The notes: generated from the sequence alone by a model not told the origin. A DNA stretch of 64,000 nucleotides from Nostoc sp. (GCA_036918135.1 JBALDB010000062.1:38599-102598); one strand, 5' to 3'. Positions 44,181-55,643 are shown, counted from the stretch's first letter. Program-made: numbers and translations.

Positions 44181-44232
44181 GACTCCTATTTGATTTTTGA
44201 GTTTACGAGCAAAAAGAGGAGATAATTGTTCA

Positions 44233-44565
44233 ATGGCAGTAAAACAATATCGTCAAATCATTCAAAATTTAATTTTAGAACGATTGCACACACAATTTTA
44301 CCCAGAAGAAATCGAGACTCAAGCCATTTTGGATACTGAGCGCGACCACTACCTTTTATTACATACTGGTTGGCGTAATAATCATCGAACACATGGATGT
44401 AGTATCCACCTTGATATCAAGGACGGCAAAATCTGGATACAGCATGATGGTACTGAAGTTGGTATTACTACACTGCTGTTGGAACAAGGTGTACCCAGAG
44501 AAGATATAGTATTGGCCTTTCACTCACCTTATATGCGCCAATTTACTGAATTTGCCACTCATTAA
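44233..44565 (+). CDS. XisI family protein
   Basis: DTERDHYLLLHTGW...IHLDIKDGKIWIQHDGTEVGI...GVPREDIVLAFHSP. Confidence 0.92.
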   Translation: MAVKQYRQIIQNLILERLHTQFYPEEIETQAILDTERDHYLLLHTGWRNNHRTHGCSIHLDIKDGKIWIQHDGTEVGITTLLLEQGVPREDIVLAFHSPYMRQFTEFATH

Positions 44566-44674
44566 TCTCACTAATATTTTAATAATTTCTATTTTTCTTA
44601 ATTTTGTAAATTTCTGTTCATCAGCAGCGATCGCTCTTACCAAGATAAAATTAGTAAAGGCGATCGCCTTGGAA

Positions 44675-45169
44675 TTACCACCACATTGTTCCAGGAGTAC
44701 CTTTAAATGGCCCAACAATATCAGCAGTAATCCATCCCCCGTAAAAATCACCAGGTTGGGGTGTCACTAGCTCATCATTGACATAGCAAGCATCCATTAA
44801 ACTGGCAGTGAAACCATAGTATTTTGTAATCGAAACAAAATCAGGGGTGGGGTGAAAATATCGCCATGCAGCATATTTTAGATATTTATCACCAACGCTG
44901 ACATCATAATATTGATATGCACCTTTCCATTCACACAAGCCTTTTTTAGACGTTTCAATCAAATGTTCTAGTTTAATGTCTTCTGGAGGAAAGTAATAGA
45001 CAGGAGGATGGCTTGTTTCTAAGACTCTTTTACCTTTGTTGGTTTCTGCCAAAACAATACCATTAGAAATTATCCGCAGTTGTTTATTAGTGTCTTCTAA
45101 ACGAGCCGGACGAGGATAATCCCAAACTGATTCTTGACCGGGTTGTGGTGGTATTGGATTTGCTCTCAT
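44675..45169 (-). CDS. DUF427 family protein
   Basis: QESVWDYPRP, VLETSHPPVYYFP, CEWKG, FYGGWIT. Confidence 0.9.
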   Translation of the reverse strand: MRANPIPPQPGQESVWDYPRPARLEDTNKQLRIISNGIVLAETNKGKRVLETSHPPVYYFPPEDIKLEHLIETSKKGLCEWKGAYQYYDVSVGDKYLKYAAWRYFHPTPDFVSITKYYGFTASLMDACYVNDELVTPQPGDFYGGWITADIVGPFKGTPGTMWW

Positions 45170-45292
45170 AGTTAATAATCTCCTGTCTTTACGTCAGCTT
45201 GAGGATTACAGGGATAAATGGAGGATGAAAAAATCGCTGTTTCTGTAACTAATAGTCTTCGCAAATGATTTGTTGAAAATATCACTATCATG

Positions 45293-46627
45293 CTAAGGTT
45301 TGATATTTTGAACAATTCTAAAACCTGCGTGTTGATAAAAATTGGGACGGAACCAGTTGCGATAATATTTTAAAGCTTCTGCACCGTTAGTTATCCAACA
45401 TCCTCCTAACATCATATAATGTTTGGTATCAAAAAAAATAGCAGAATTATCTTCGTAGAGATAATGAGGTTTATATCCTGAAAGGGGATTTAAATTATCG
45501 CTCAACCATTCCCAAACATTGCCTCGTAAATCGTACAATCCATGACTTTTGGCTGTTTCTAACATGCCGACGGGACTAGGTGAACCAAGTTTGAAATTAA
45601 GATTAAAATTGTCTATATTTTCTAATAAGCTATTGCTGTAAGTTGCTAAATGGTATTCTGCTTCACTCATTAAGCGGGTATCTTTACCTTGCCAACGACA
45701 ATAAGCCATTGCTTCATAGTGATTGACTTCTACTGGCCAATCTAAAGGTAATTCCATCTCATCAAACATAGCTCGATATTTGTAATTACCATTTTTATGA
45801 AGCCAAAATTTGGGATGTTTGATGTAATTTTCGGTTCTCCAATTCCAGGATTCTTCATCCCAATAATCTTGATTTTGATAGCCACCAGCCTTGATAAAAT
45901 AAATAAATTCGGCATTGGTAATCAGATATTTACTGGCGAAAAAGGATTGAACTTCAACAGTGCGATCGCCATAATCAATATCCCATCCATAAGTCGCATC
46001 GTCAAAGGCTTTGCCGAGTTTTACTACCCCACCAGGAACTTCTATCATTTCATTTTCTGGGGTGTAACCATTAAAAGAAGCATACTTCCAATTTTGGGGA
46101 CGTTTCACTCTTTCAATTGGTAGTTGGCGAATTAACATCGAAGAAGTTTCTATGTGAATCCGCTGGTGTTCAATTGCCATCATTAACGCCCAAAGGCGAT
46201 GAGCAGGATGAATTGGCAGGGTAATTGGAGTTGTTTTAATTATTTCGGAAATGATGGAAAATGCTTGTTTTCGATACTCCCAAGTCTCGGTAAGTGACGG
46301 CCAATTCAAATGAGCGATCGCTTCATTCAATTCTTCTGGTTTTTCTGGATCTACTCCAATTTCAAACAAAATTTCATAGTCGGGATTCAAGCGTTTTTCT
46401 AATAATCCCACGCTAATTAATTTATTGATGTAGAAAACAGCCGAATGTCCCAGATAAAAAATTAGAGGATTTCTCAGAGGGTCGGGATTGATATATAATG
46501 TATCTTCCCCAACTAGACTTTGCATCAGAGTATCTTCCAGTTGCCAAGCGTTCTCAAAATAATCGAGAATAGCTTGAGTATTACAACTATCAAGTTTTAG
46601 AGGTTTAGCAGATTGCAGACTACTCAT
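45293..46627 (-). CDS. OvoA-like histidine/hercynine sulfoxide synthase (DinB-like + FGE-like domains, no methyltransferase)
   Basis: LRNPLIFYLGHSAVFY and EHQRIHIETSS iron-binding His motifs; GNVWEW; YRNWFRPNFYQHAGFR. Confidence 0.88.
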   Translation of the reverse strand: MSSLQSAKPLKLDSCNTQAILDYFENAWQLEDTLMQSLVGEDTLYINPDPLRNPLIFYLGHSAVFYINKLISVGLLEKRLNPDYEILFEIGVDPEKPEELNEAIAHLNWPSLTETWEYRKQAFSIISEIIKTTPITLPIHPAHRLWALMMAIEHQRIHIETSSMLIRQLPIERVKRPQNWKYASFNGYTPENEMIEVPGGVVKLGKAFDDATYGWDIDYGDRTVEVQSFFASKYLITNAEFIYFIKAGGYQNQDYWDEESWNWRTENYIKHPKFWLHKNGNYKYRAMFDEMELPLDWPVEVNHYEAMAYCRWQGKDTRLMSEAEYHLATYSNSLLENIDNFNLNFKLGSPSPVGMLETAKSHGLYDLRGNVWEWLSDNLNPLSGYKPHYLYEDNSAIFFDTKHYMMLGGCWITNGAEALKYYRNWFRPNFYQHAGFRIVQNIKP

Positions 46628-46660
46628 AGTATCACTATATTGATATTGAGGAACTACGAT

Positions 46661-47635
46661 TTAAGCTTGACAAAGAATTAACCCAAACCACTGCTGGGGA
46701 TCTGTCCAAGTCTTCAGTGTCTTCAGTCCATGTATCTCGAGTTGTTGTTGCATATTTGCTAAATCAAATTTGCGCGAAATTTCGGTGAGAATGCTTTCTC
46801 CATCTACCAAAGAAACTTGTAAATCTAGCGCTTCTAGAAATACTTGATGACTCTTTTGACAGTGCAGATACATTTCAATTTGGGCATCAGCTTGATTATA
46901 AATAGCTTGATGAGTGAATAAATTGAGGTCAAAATTACCTTGAAAACGCCAATTTAAATGAGACAGCATATTCAAGTTAAAAGCAGCCGTTACTCCCTGA
47001 CTATCGTTATAAGCTGGCTCCAAAATTTCCTTGGGTTTTTGTAAATCAATCCCCAACAGAAAGTAATCCCCTACTTGTAAAGTTTTAGCAATTTGCTTTA
47101 AAAACATGTTACATCCTTGGGGATTAAAATTGCCTAGAGAACTGCCTAAGAAAAAAATCATCCGTGATGCTGCAAAAGTTGATTCTAATTTTGCTAAAGC
47201 TTGTTCGTATGTTCCGATTAATCCCTCAATAAAGAAACCTGGATATTTTTGTTGTAGCTTTAGTACGGTAGATTCAACGATTCCCCGGCTAACATCAACG
47301 GGTATATATCTACAGTAACTAGCAAGTTTTTGGTAAGCGTCTAACAAAAATAGAGTTTTTGTAGAACTACCACTACCTAATTCTACGAGTTCACAAGCAC
47401 CTGTCATCTGAGCTATTTCATCGGCATATTGCTGCAAAATTAATGCTTCTGTTCGTGTTGGGTAATATTCTGGTAACTCACATATTTGTTCAAATAATTC
47501 TGACCCGCGATCGTCGTAAAAATATTTGGCTGGTAAACTTTTCGGCGTTTGAGTCAATCCTTGAATGACATCTAGCCCCTCACTGTTTAGAGCTTGATAA
47601 TGGTCATTCAAAAATTTTAGAGATTTGGTTAACAT
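46661..47635 (-). CDS. egtD: L-histidine N-alpha-methyltransferase
   Basis: KYFYDDRGSELFEQICELPEYYPTRTE, ELGSGSSTKT, FLGSSLGN, AYNDSQGVTAAFNLN, TEISRKF. Confidence 0.95.
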   Translation of the reverse strand: MLTKSLKFLNDHYQALNSEGLDVIQGLTQTPKSLPAKYFYDDRGSELFEQICELPEYYPTRTEALILQQYADEIAQMTGACELVELGSGSSTKTLFLLDAYQKLASYCRYIPVDVSRGIVESTVLKLQQKYPGFFIEGLIGTYEQALAKLESTFAASRMIFFLGSSLGNFNPQGCNMFLKQIAKTLQVGDYFLLGIDLQKPKEILEPAYNDSQGVTAAFNLNMLSHLNWRFQGNFDLNLFTHQAIYNQADAQIEMYLHCQKSHQVFLEALDLQVSLVDGESILTEISRKFDLANMQQQLEIHGLKTLKTWTDPQQWFGLILCQA

Positions 47636-48184
47636 TATGTTAATGTACTTATTTCTCGATTCAATCCTTCAATATTACAGATTTAGATTTTAATAGCAAG
47701 TGTAATTTTTAAATAAATTAATAACTATTTTTTATTTACTATAAACCAATCGGATTACTGTAGTTTTTTAGAAGTTGAATAATTTAATTATTTATAGAAT
47801 AAATTAAATCTTCATTTAATAAAGCTTTCTTATTATTGGTATTTATATTATTAAATAGGTAGTACATCATAGCAAAAATAAACCTACCATTTGGAATAAG
47901 TAAAAAGTTAGAGTATAAGTATTCTTTCTTTCAACTTTCAACTTTTGCCTTGTTATTGGATATATAATTAAACAATAAATACAATTATAATTATTAATGA
48001 GCAATTAATCACTGATTTAGCATTATCAAGATTTTAAGTCCGGCGACAAACTTTAATTTATTTCTGCCTAGTTACTTTGTATCTCTGACCAATATTGTCT
48101 AACTAATTAGAGAAGCATACGGCGATGCCTTCACAATAGGCATCGCGGATTTTAGATTTTATCGATCTAAAATCCCAAATCGAT

Positions 48185-50341
48185 TTAACGATTTAGCGCC
48201 GCAGCTTCCCTTGCTGCTGCTGCTTGATCTGGGTGGATACCCAAGCGTGTAAGATTAATCCGACCTTTGTTATCAATTTCGCGTACTTTGATAATCACTT
48301 CATCGCCGACTGCGACTTCATCCTCAACTTTGCCAACGCGGTAGTCAGCTAGTTGAGAAATATGGATCATGCCTTCTTTTCCAGGCAGAAATTCGACAAA
48401 TGCACCTATTGGTATAATCCGAGTTACGCGCCCTGCATAGACATCTCCTTCGTGCAGTTTGCGCGTCATGCCTTGAATGATACTACGTGCTTTCTTTGCC
48501 TTGCTTTCATCTACAGCGGAAATTGTCACTGTGCCATCATCTTCAATGTCAATTTTTGCACCAGTATCTTCTGTAATTCCCTTAATAGTTTTGCCTCCAG
48601 GCCCAATGACTAGACCAATCATGTCTGAATCAATCTTGATTGTTAACAGACGTGGGGCATAGGGTGAAGTTTCAGTGCGCGGCCCGTCAATGCAAGCGAG
48701 CATTTTTTCTAGGATGTGCAACCGGGCTGATTTAGCTTGGTCGATAGCTTGGGCAATAACGTCCAAAGACAGACCGGAGATTTTCATATCCATTTGCAAG
48801 GCAGTAATTCCACTATCTGTCCCAGCAACTTTGAAATCCATATCGCCCAAAAAGTCTTCAATGCCCTGAATATCCGTCAGGACACGGACTTCGTCTCCTT
48901 CCTTAATCAAACCCATTGCTGCACCACTGACGGGTTTAAGAATTGGCACGCCAGCATCCATCAGCGAAAGGGTGGAACCGCACACGGAACCCATTGAGGT
49001 GGAACCGTTGGAGGAAAGTACTTCGGATACGACGCGAATTACGTAAGGGAATTGTTCTTTTGATGGTAGCACAGGCAACAGCGATCGCTCTGCTAAGGCA
49101 CCGTGACCGATTTCACGCCTTCCCGGCGCACGTAAGGGCTTGGTTTCCCCGACTGAGAAAGGTGGAAAATTGTAATGGTGAATGTAGCGTTTGGATTGGT
49201 CTGTTTGTAAATCGTCGTTCAGGTTTTGAGCATCTCCTGGTGTACCAAGGGTACAAGCAGATAATACCTGGGTCAAACCCCGATTGAATAAACCGCTACC
49301 GTGGACTCGCTTTGGTAAAACATCAACTTGACAAGAAACCGGGCGCACTTCATCAAGTTTGCGACCATCAACGCGAACGTTATCTTCGATGATTTGACGG
49401 CGCATGAAGTATTTGGTAATGTCTTTAAATGTGTTACCAAGTGCCTTAGAGTTTGTAGTTGCGGCAACTCGAATTGGGTCTTCTTCTGGCAGTTCGGCGA
49501 TCGCAGTTGCAATTCCTTCTTTGACGACATCTAAAGCAGCATCACGTTCGGTTTTACCCAAATCAAATTGCGCCAAAATTTTCTTAATTTCCTCATTGGC
49601 GCGATCGCGGATATAATTTTCCAGCGTTGGGTCTACTTCTGGTGGTGCTTCTTGCACTAATTGCAAACCGAGTTCTGCAACCAAATCTTCTTGGGCTTTG
49701 ATTAAGTCCCGCACTGCTTCATAACCAAAGTCAATCGCCTCGATGATATCTCGTTCTGGCAGTTGATTGGCTCCCGCCTCCACCATAATCACACCATGCG
49801 GTGAACCTGCGACTATTAAATCCAAGTCTCCAGCTTCAATTTCTGCATAAGTAGGATTAATAATGAAATCATCTCCCACTAAACCGACCCGCACAGCTGC
49901 CATTGGCCCATTAAAAGGAATCTGAGCAATCAGGGTAGCAATTGATGCACCTGTAACTGCTAGCACATCGGGTGGCACTAACTCGTCCATTGACAGCGTT
50001 AAGGCGACAATTTGCAGGTCATCTCGTAACCACGAAGGAAACAGAGGACGCAGAGGACGATCTATCAGACGACTGGTAAGAATTGTTTTTTCTGGTGGGC
50101 GACCTTCGCGCCGCATGATTCCTCCAGGAATTCTACCAGCGGCATATAGCCTTTCTTCGTAATCTACTGTTAGGGGAAGAAAATCAATGCCTTCTCTGGC
50201 TTGCGATCGCGTAGCTGTTACCAAAACAGCTGTATCCCCTGATTCTATTAAAACCGACCCACCAGCCTGGGGAGCTAGTAGGCCTACTTTCAGTCGAATA
50301 TCCCGTCCATCGAAGGATATTGACTTATCAACTTCAGCCAT
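48185..50341 (-). CDS. pnp: Polyribonucleotide nucleotidyltransferase (PNPase)
   Basis: [33 protein letters not shown] (IGPGGKTI) and S1 domains. Confidence 0.99.
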   Translation of the reverse strand: MAEVDKSISFDGRDIRLKVGLLAPQAGGSVLIESGDTAVLVTATRSQAREGIDFLPLTVDYEERLYAAGRIPGGIMRREGRPPEKTILTSRLIDRPLRPLFPSWLRDDLQIVALTLSMDELVPPDVLAVTGASIATLIAQIPFNGPMAAVRVGLVGDDFIINPTYAEIEAGDLDLIVAGSPHGVIMVEAGANQLPERDIIEAIDFGYEAVRDLIKAQEDLVAELGLQLVQEAPPEVDPTLENYIRDRANEEIKKILAQFDLGKTERDAALDVVKEGIATAIAELPEEDPIRVAATTNSKALGNTFKDITKYFMRRQIIEDNVRVDGRKLDEVRPVSCQVDVLPKRVHGSGLFNRGLTQVLSACTLGTPGDAQNLNDDLQTDQSKRYIHHYNFPPFSVGETKPLRAPGRREIGHGALAERSLLPVLPSKEQFPYVIRVVSEVLSSNGSTSMGSVCGSTLSLMDAGVPILKPVSGAAMGLIKEGDEVRVLTDIQGIEDFLGDMDFKVAGTDSGITALQMDMKISGLSLDVIAQAIDQAKSARLHILEKMLACIDGPRTETSPYAPRLLTIKIDSDMIGLVIGPGGKTIKGITEDTGAKIDIEDDGTVTISAVDESKAKKARSIIQGMTRKLHEGDVYAGRVTRIIPIGAFVEFLPGKEGMIHISQLADYRVGKVEDEVAVGDEVIIKVREIDNKGRINLTRLGIHPDQAAAAREAAALNR

Positions 50342-50494
50342 TCAGTTTTTTTTCCTTCTCTTTCGCTATTCTCTTTCTGTGGCAATCCTAACATTTATGC
50401 ACTATGGCTGACTTCTGGTACATACAAAGTTAACTGATGACAGTTGACGGTTAATAGTCATCAGTCAACAGTTAGCGGGATCGATTGGCATCTT

Positions 50495-51040
50495 TCAATG
50501 CAAAGTGCGATAGAAGATTAGCGCGTCTACCACTTGCCCATTGTCTAGGTTTGCGGCAGCGGGAATCCGCCCAATAATCTCAAATCCTAACGACTGCCAA
50601 AGTGTAATTGAAGCTATATTAGTTTCAAAGACCAAGTTGAACATTACTGCCTCGTAGCCAAGATTTGCTGCTATCAACAGCATTGCTTCTCCCATGAACC
50701 GCCCTATACCTTGACCCCGCAAAGGAGCTTGTACAATAAAACCAGCGTTGCAAATATGGCTACACCGACCGGGAAAGTTTGGCTTTAAATAAAATGCTCC
50801 TAATATTTCTTTTGGATCGTGTGTTGCATCCACAGATGATGCCCTAACAACAAAGGCATCCTTACTTAACCAGTAAGTGGAAAATTCTGTTTCAGATAGA
50901 GGTTGCTTTTGAGGATAAGTTTTACCTTCAACAATTACACTATTTAATAATGCTCTCACAGCCTCCTCTTCTTGAGGATACATGTAATCTAGTTCCACTT
51001 TTATACTATTTTTCAAATTTTTAATAATTGGCAAATACAT
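50495..51040 (-). CDS. GNAT family N-acetyltransferase
   Basis: NFPGRCSHICNAGF, RGQGIGR, FNLVFETN...LWQSLGF. Confidence 0.92.
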   Translation of the reverse strand: MYLPIIKNLKNSIKVELDYMYPQEEEAVRALLNSVIVEGKTYPQKQPLSETEFSTYWLSKDAFVVRASSVDATHDPKEILGAFYLKPNFPGRCSHICNAGFIVQAPLRGQGIGRFMGEAMLLIAANLGYEAVMFNLVFETNIASITLWQSLGFEIIGRIPAAANLDNGQVVDALIFYRTLH

Positions 51041-51193
51041 TGTTAATAATATCTCAAGTAGCAGAATAAGTCTTAATATAGAATTTGAAGACGAGCAATA
51101 TATGCTTAATTAATAAATAGTTAGTAAAAATGTAGATAGTCAAATCCTGGGGATTGAAATTATTTAATTTTACAAGAATTTGAGTAGTGAAAA

Positions 51194-54100
51194 ATGGCGA
51201 TTTTACACGGTAATTGGGTAGTAAAAAATCAAAATGGGTGCTTATTTATTTGGGGAGAAACTTGGCGATCGCCACGAGTAAATTTGGCGTTGAGTGAATC
51301 TGGAGAAATACCATTATATCCATTGGCAATGACATCGGTTGAGTTAAGCGAGTGGCTGCGTTCTCAGAATATACCAATTGCTAACTTCATCCAGCAACCC
51401 CAAGTTGCTGTAACTACTACTGGGCGGACACGCAAAGCAACCAGTACTACTGAGATTAATTTACCAACCCACTATCAAATAATTGCCCTACCAACTTATA
51501 TCCCAGAAAGCACTGGTAAAGAAACAGCAGCGATTTTTCCTGTGCATTCTGCTAGTTTTGGACTGGAAGCAGACTCACCGCAATATTTACAACCTTGGCG
51601 AGTTGAGGGTTTTTGTCTCAACCCCACCCAAGCAGTAAAATTTCTTGCTGCTGTTCCCCTCAATGCTACTAAAGGGGAAGATGCATTTTTAGGGGGAGAT
51701 TTACGCTTTTGGTCGCAGGTTGCCCGGTGGAGTCTTGATTTAATCTCCAGGTGTAAGTTTTTACCAGTCATTAAACGGCAATCAGATGGTTCTACAGTTA
51801 CTAACTGGCAAGTACTCTTAGATAGCGCTTTAGACGGAACTCGCCTAGAAAAATTTTCTGCGAACATGCCATTGGTTTGTCGCACATATCAAGAGGGGAT
51901 GGAGAGATGGGGAACTCGGGGCCCCCACGAAGTGGGGATTAGGGGAGATGAGGGAGATGGGGAAAATAACCAATGTCCAATATATGTAGACTTCCCTACC
52001 GAACCTCAAGAATTATTGTTGGGATTCCTTAATAGCACGATAAACGCCCAAGTGCGAGAAATGGTGGGTTTCCAATCCCCGATGGAAGCCAAAGCCCCAT
52101 CTTTACCAGCTGCGGTGCGAGAGTGGTTGCCAGCTTTAACTAGTGGATCTGGTAAAGTCAATGCAGATGCGATCGAAGTTGAACGACTAGAAGCGGCACT
52201 CAAGGCTTGGACTATGCCGCTACAATACCAACTGACTCTCAAAACACTCTTTCGTGCCTGTTTTCAACTGCATTCTCCGGAATTTGGCGAAACAGATTGG
52301 ACATTGGCGTATTTCCTGCAAGCAGCTGACAATCCAGAGTTTTTGGTAGATGCAGCAACAATTTGGCAAAATCCAGTTGAACGATTGGTGTATGAAAATC
52401 GCACTATCGACCAACCCCAAGAAACATTTTTGCGGGGTTTGGGGCTAGCTTCCCGATTGTATCCAGTGCTTGCACCGAGTTTAGAAACCGAATATCCCCA
52501 ATCTTTTCGTCTTAATCCCATCCAAGCTTATGAGTTTATCAAGTCTGTGGCTTGGAGGTTTGAAGATAGTGGTTTAGGAGTGATTTTACCTCCCAGTTTG
52601 GCGAACCGTGAAGGATGGGCGAACCGTTTGGGTTTGAAAATTACTGCCGAAACTCCAAAGACAAAGCAAGGACGTTTGGGATTGCAGAGTTTGTTAAACT
52701 TTCAATGGAAATTGGCAATTGGTGGACAGAATATTTCCAAAGCAGAGTTTGATAAACTTGTGGCTTTAAATAGCCCCTTGGTAGAAATTAATGGCGAGTG
52801 GGTGGAGTTGCGACCCCAAGACATCAAAACAGCCCAAACCTTTTTCGCTTCCCGCAAAGACCAAATGGCGCTGTCTTTGGAAGATGCTTTGCGTCTGAGT
52901 ACAGGGGATACCCAGGTTATTGAAAAATTACCAGTAGTTAGCTTTGAGGCGTCTGGGGCATTGCAGGAGTTGATTGGGGCGCTAACGAATAATCAGGCCA
53001 TAGCACCTTTACCCACGCCAGCTAGCTTTCAAGGACAGTTGCGACCTTATCAAGAACGCGGTGCTGCTTGGCTGTCCTTCTTGGAACGTTGGGGCTTGGG
53101 TGCATGTCTGGCGGACGACATGGGACTTGGCAAAACGATCCAGTTTATCGCTTTTCTTCTACATCTTAAAGAACAAGATGCCCTAGAAAATCCAACTCTA
53201 CTAGTTTGCCCAACTTCGGTTTTAGGCAACTGGGAAAGGGAAGTCAAGAAATTTGCACCAAGCTTAAAAATTTTACAATATCACGGTGATAAACGTGCTA
53301 AAGGAAAGACATTTGTAGAAGCAACTAAAAAGCATGATTTAGTTATCACTAGTTATTCGCTAATTCATCGTGATATTAAATCATTGGAGAGCGTTAATTG
53401 GCAAATAATTGTTTTAGATGAAGCTCAGAATGTGAAAAATTCAGAGGCAAAGCAGTCAAAAGCAGTACGGCAATTAGCAGCGACCTTTCGGATTGCCTTG
53501 ACGGGCACGCCAGTAGAAAATAGACTGCAAGAATTGTGGTCAATTTTAGATTTTCTCAATCCTGGATATTTAGGCAATCGGCAATTTTTCCAGCGGCGGT
53601 TTGCCATGCCAATTGAAAAGTATGGGGATACGGCTTCTTTGAGTCAATTACGTTCGTTAGTCCAGCCATTTATACTGCGGCGATTAAAGAGCGATCGCGA
53701 TATCATTCAAGACTTACCAGATAAGCAAGAAATGACAGTATTTTGTGGTTTGACTGCCGACCAAGCCGCACTTTATCAACAAGTAGTAGAAGCGTCTTTA
53801 GCTGAGATTGAATCCGCCCAAGGATTGCAACGTCGGGGAATGATTTTGGCTTTACTAATCAAACTCAAACAAATCTGCAATCACCCAGCCCAATATTTAA
53901 AACAAACCACATTAGAACAACATCATTCAGCCAAATTGCTGCGGCTAGAAGAAATGTTAGAAGAAGTTTTAGCAGAAAGCGATCGCGCTTTAATCTTTAC
54001 CCAATTTGCTGAATGGGGTAAGTTACTTAAACCTTATTTAGAAAAACAGCTAGAACGAGAAATATTCTTTTTATATGGCAGCACTAATAAGAAACAACGT

Positions 54101-54481
54101 GAAGAAATGATTGACCGTTTCCAACACGATCCCCAAGGGCCACCGATTATGATTCTTTCTCTGAAAGCGGGTGGGGTAGGATTGAATTTAACCAGAGCAA
54201 ATCACGTATTCCATTTCGATAGATGGTGGAATCCAGCCGTAGAAAATCAAGCTACAGACCGAGTATTTCGGATTGGTCAAACTCGGAATGTACAAGTACA
54301 TAAATTTGTCTGCACTGGGACTTTAGAAGAGAAAATACACGACATGATTGAAAGTAAAAAACAACTAGCCGAACAAGTAGTAGGTGCTGGTGAAGAATGG
54401 TTGACTGAACTAGATACTGACCAACTTCGCAACTTACTAATCCTTGACCGCAATGCAGTAATTGACGATGATGCAGAATAA
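51194..54481 (+). CDS. SNF2-family (SSO1653-like) helicase/ATPase
   Basis: LADDMGLGKT, DEAQ, TGTPVEN, SLKAGGVGLNL, QATDRVFRIGQ. Confidence 0.97.
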   Translation: MAILHGNWVVKNQNGCLFIWGETWRSPRVNLALSESGEIPLYPLAMTSVELSEWLRSQNIPIANFIQQPQVAVTTTGRTRKATSTTEINLPTHYQIIALPTYIPESTGKETAAIFPVHSASFGLEADSPQYLQPWRVEGFCLNPTQAVKFLAAVPLNATKGEDAFLGGDLRFWSQVARWSLDLISRCKFLPVIKRQSDGSTVTNWQVLLDSALDGTRLEKFSANMPLVCRTYQEGMERWGTRGPHEVGIRGDEGDGENNQCPIYVDFPTEPQELLLGFLNSTINAQVREMVGFQSPMEAKAPSLPAAVREWLPALTSGSGKVNADAIEVERLEAALKAWTMPLQYQLTLKTLFRACFQLHSPEFGETDWTLAYFLQAADNPEFLVDAATIWQNPVERLVYENRTIDQPQETFLRGLGLASRLYPVLAPSLETEYPQSFRLNPIQAYEFIKSVAWRFEDSGLGVILPPSLANREGWANRLGLKITAETPKTKQGRLGLQSLLNFQWKLAIGGQNISKAEFDKLVALNSPLVEINGEWVELRPQDIKTAQTFFASRKDQMALSLEDALRLSTGDTQVIEKLPVVSFEASGALQELIGALTNNQAIAPLPTPASFQGQLRPYQERGAAWLSFLERWGLGACLADDMGLGKTIQFIAFLLHLKEQDALENPTLLVCPTSVLGNWEREVKKFAPSLKILQYHGDKRAKGKTFVEATKKHDLVITSYSLIHRDIKSLESVNWQIIVLDEAQNVKNSEAKQSKAVRQLAATFRIALTGTPVENRLQELWSILDFLNPGYLGNRQFFQRRFAMPIEKYGDTASLSQLRSLVQPFILRRLKSDRDIIQDLPDKQEMTVFCGLTADQAALYQQVVEASLAEIESAQGLQRRGMILALLIKLKQICNHPAQYLKQTTLEQHHSAKLLRLEEMLEEVLAESDRALIFTQFAEWGKLLKPYLEKQLEREIFFLYGSTNKKQREEMIDRFQHDPQGPPIMILSLKAGGVGLNLTRANHVFHFDRWWNPAVENQATDRVFRIGQTRNVQVHKFVCTGTLEEKIHDMIESKKQLAEQVVGAGEEWLTELDTDQLRNLLILDRNAVIDDDAE

Positions 54482-54498
54482 ATAAGGTCTGTGCCATT

Positions 54499-55524
54499 AT
54501 GTCGAACCACTTTGCCCACGGTTATGCGTTATTAATTGGGGTTGGCAGAACAGTTGAATCCCAATGGTCATTGCCTGTCACAGTTAAAGATGTGCAAGCC
54601 TTGAAAACCGTGTTAATCGACCCAAACTTGTGCGCCTATCTGAATGATTCAGAACATATTCGCTTATTGCAGAATGAACAGACGACACGCAACGCAATTT
54701 TGGATGGATTAACCTGGTTAAAGGAAAAGGCTGCTGCTGATAAAGATGCGACAATTGTAGTTTTTTACTCTGGACATGGGTGCTTTGACTTATCGAGTCA
54801 GTCTTATTATTTGCTGCAACATGATTTCAGTTCCACAGATATTGCTAACAGTGCCCTGTCTGCCCAAGAATTTACTGAAGCCTTACGGCAAATTCAAGCA
54901 AAGCGATTGTGGGTGGTAATTGATAGTTGCCATGCAGAGGGTATGGCTACTTCTAAAGGCGAACTTCCTGCTGACTTTATCGCTACCGCGTTGCCCAAGG
55001 GGGTAGTCAATGCCTTAAAGCAAGGCGAAGGGCGGGCGGTGTTTACCTCCTCCAGAGGCAGTCAGGTTTCTTGGATACGTCCCGATGGAACCATGAGCCT
55101 GTACACTTATCATCTAATTGAAGCATTGCGAGGAGCGGCTAATCAACCAGGGGATTCTACAGTCATGCTCTCAAACCTGATTAATCATTTGGGTAAAACC
55201 GTGCCAGAAAGCGCTAGAACCCTATGTCAGGCAGAACAAACGCCGTTTTTTGATACAGCAATGGAAGATTTTCCAATTGCCATGCTGCGGGGAGGAAAAG
55301 GATTGCCAAACTCAACCCCAGTCTCGGACTTGCCCCAAATTATGACTGAGCGAGAAGTACTAACGCCTGCACTAGCAAGAGCAAAACGAGCCTTAGCAAT
55401 TTTGGAAGAACAAGCCGCTTCTTATGGAATTCGGATTCCAGTAGATTTGCAGATTGAATTGGAAGAGAAACGCTGCCAGGTTATTGAATTACAGTCCCGG
55501 CATCAAAGAGCAGGATTAGATTAA
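54499..55524 (+). CDS. Caspase-like (peptidase C14) protease with C-terminal helical adaptor domain
   Basis: ALLIGVG; FYSGHG (catalytic His); IDSCHA (catalytic Cys); SLYTYHLIEALRG. The C-terminal ~44 aa are shared with the 57638 ORF. Confidence 0.92.
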   Translation: MSNHFAHGYALLIGVGRTVESQWSLPVTVKDVQALKTVLIDPNLCAYLNDSEHIRLLQNEQTTRNAILDGLTWLKEKAAADKDATIVVFYSGHGCFDLSSQSYYLLQHDFSSTDIANSALSAQEFTEALRQIQAKRLWVVIDSCHAEGMATSKGELPADFIATALPKGVVNALKQGEGRAVFTSSRGSQVSWIRPDGTMSLYTYHLIEALRGAANQPGDSTVMLSNLINHLGKTVPESARTLCQAEQTPFFDTAMEDFPIAMLRGGKGLPNSTPVSDLPQIMTEREVLTPALARAKRALAILEEQAASYGIRIPVDLQIELEEKRCQVIELQSRHQRAGLD

Positions 55525-55531
55525 GGGACTG

Positions 55532-55643
55532 ATATCATATCTGTTTAAAGACTTATCATTTATAAGGCAGGGAGCAGGGGGGAAAGACTTTTGGGATTTT
55601 TGCACAGATGCGGTAAATATAAGTGATTAGTTGGACATGATAT
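55532..55643. mobile_element. MITE-like element with imperfect terminal inverted repeats
   Basis: Left end ATATCATATCTGTTTAAAGACTTA, right end TAAGTGATTAGTTGGACATGATAT. A similar right end, TAAGTATTCAACCGGACATGATAT, is at ~60079-60102. Confidence 0.55.

Noticed and set aside
44233..44565. XisI as evidence of a heterocyst excision element
   Set aside because: No xisH, recombinase or interrupted nif/fdxN/hup gene is nearby, and XisI paralogs are commonly scattered in these genomes.
48353..50411. Multiple antisense ORFs within pnp (also within aspS, ndh, Snf2 and others)
   Set aside because: Shadow frames of well-supported genes with no independent coding signal.
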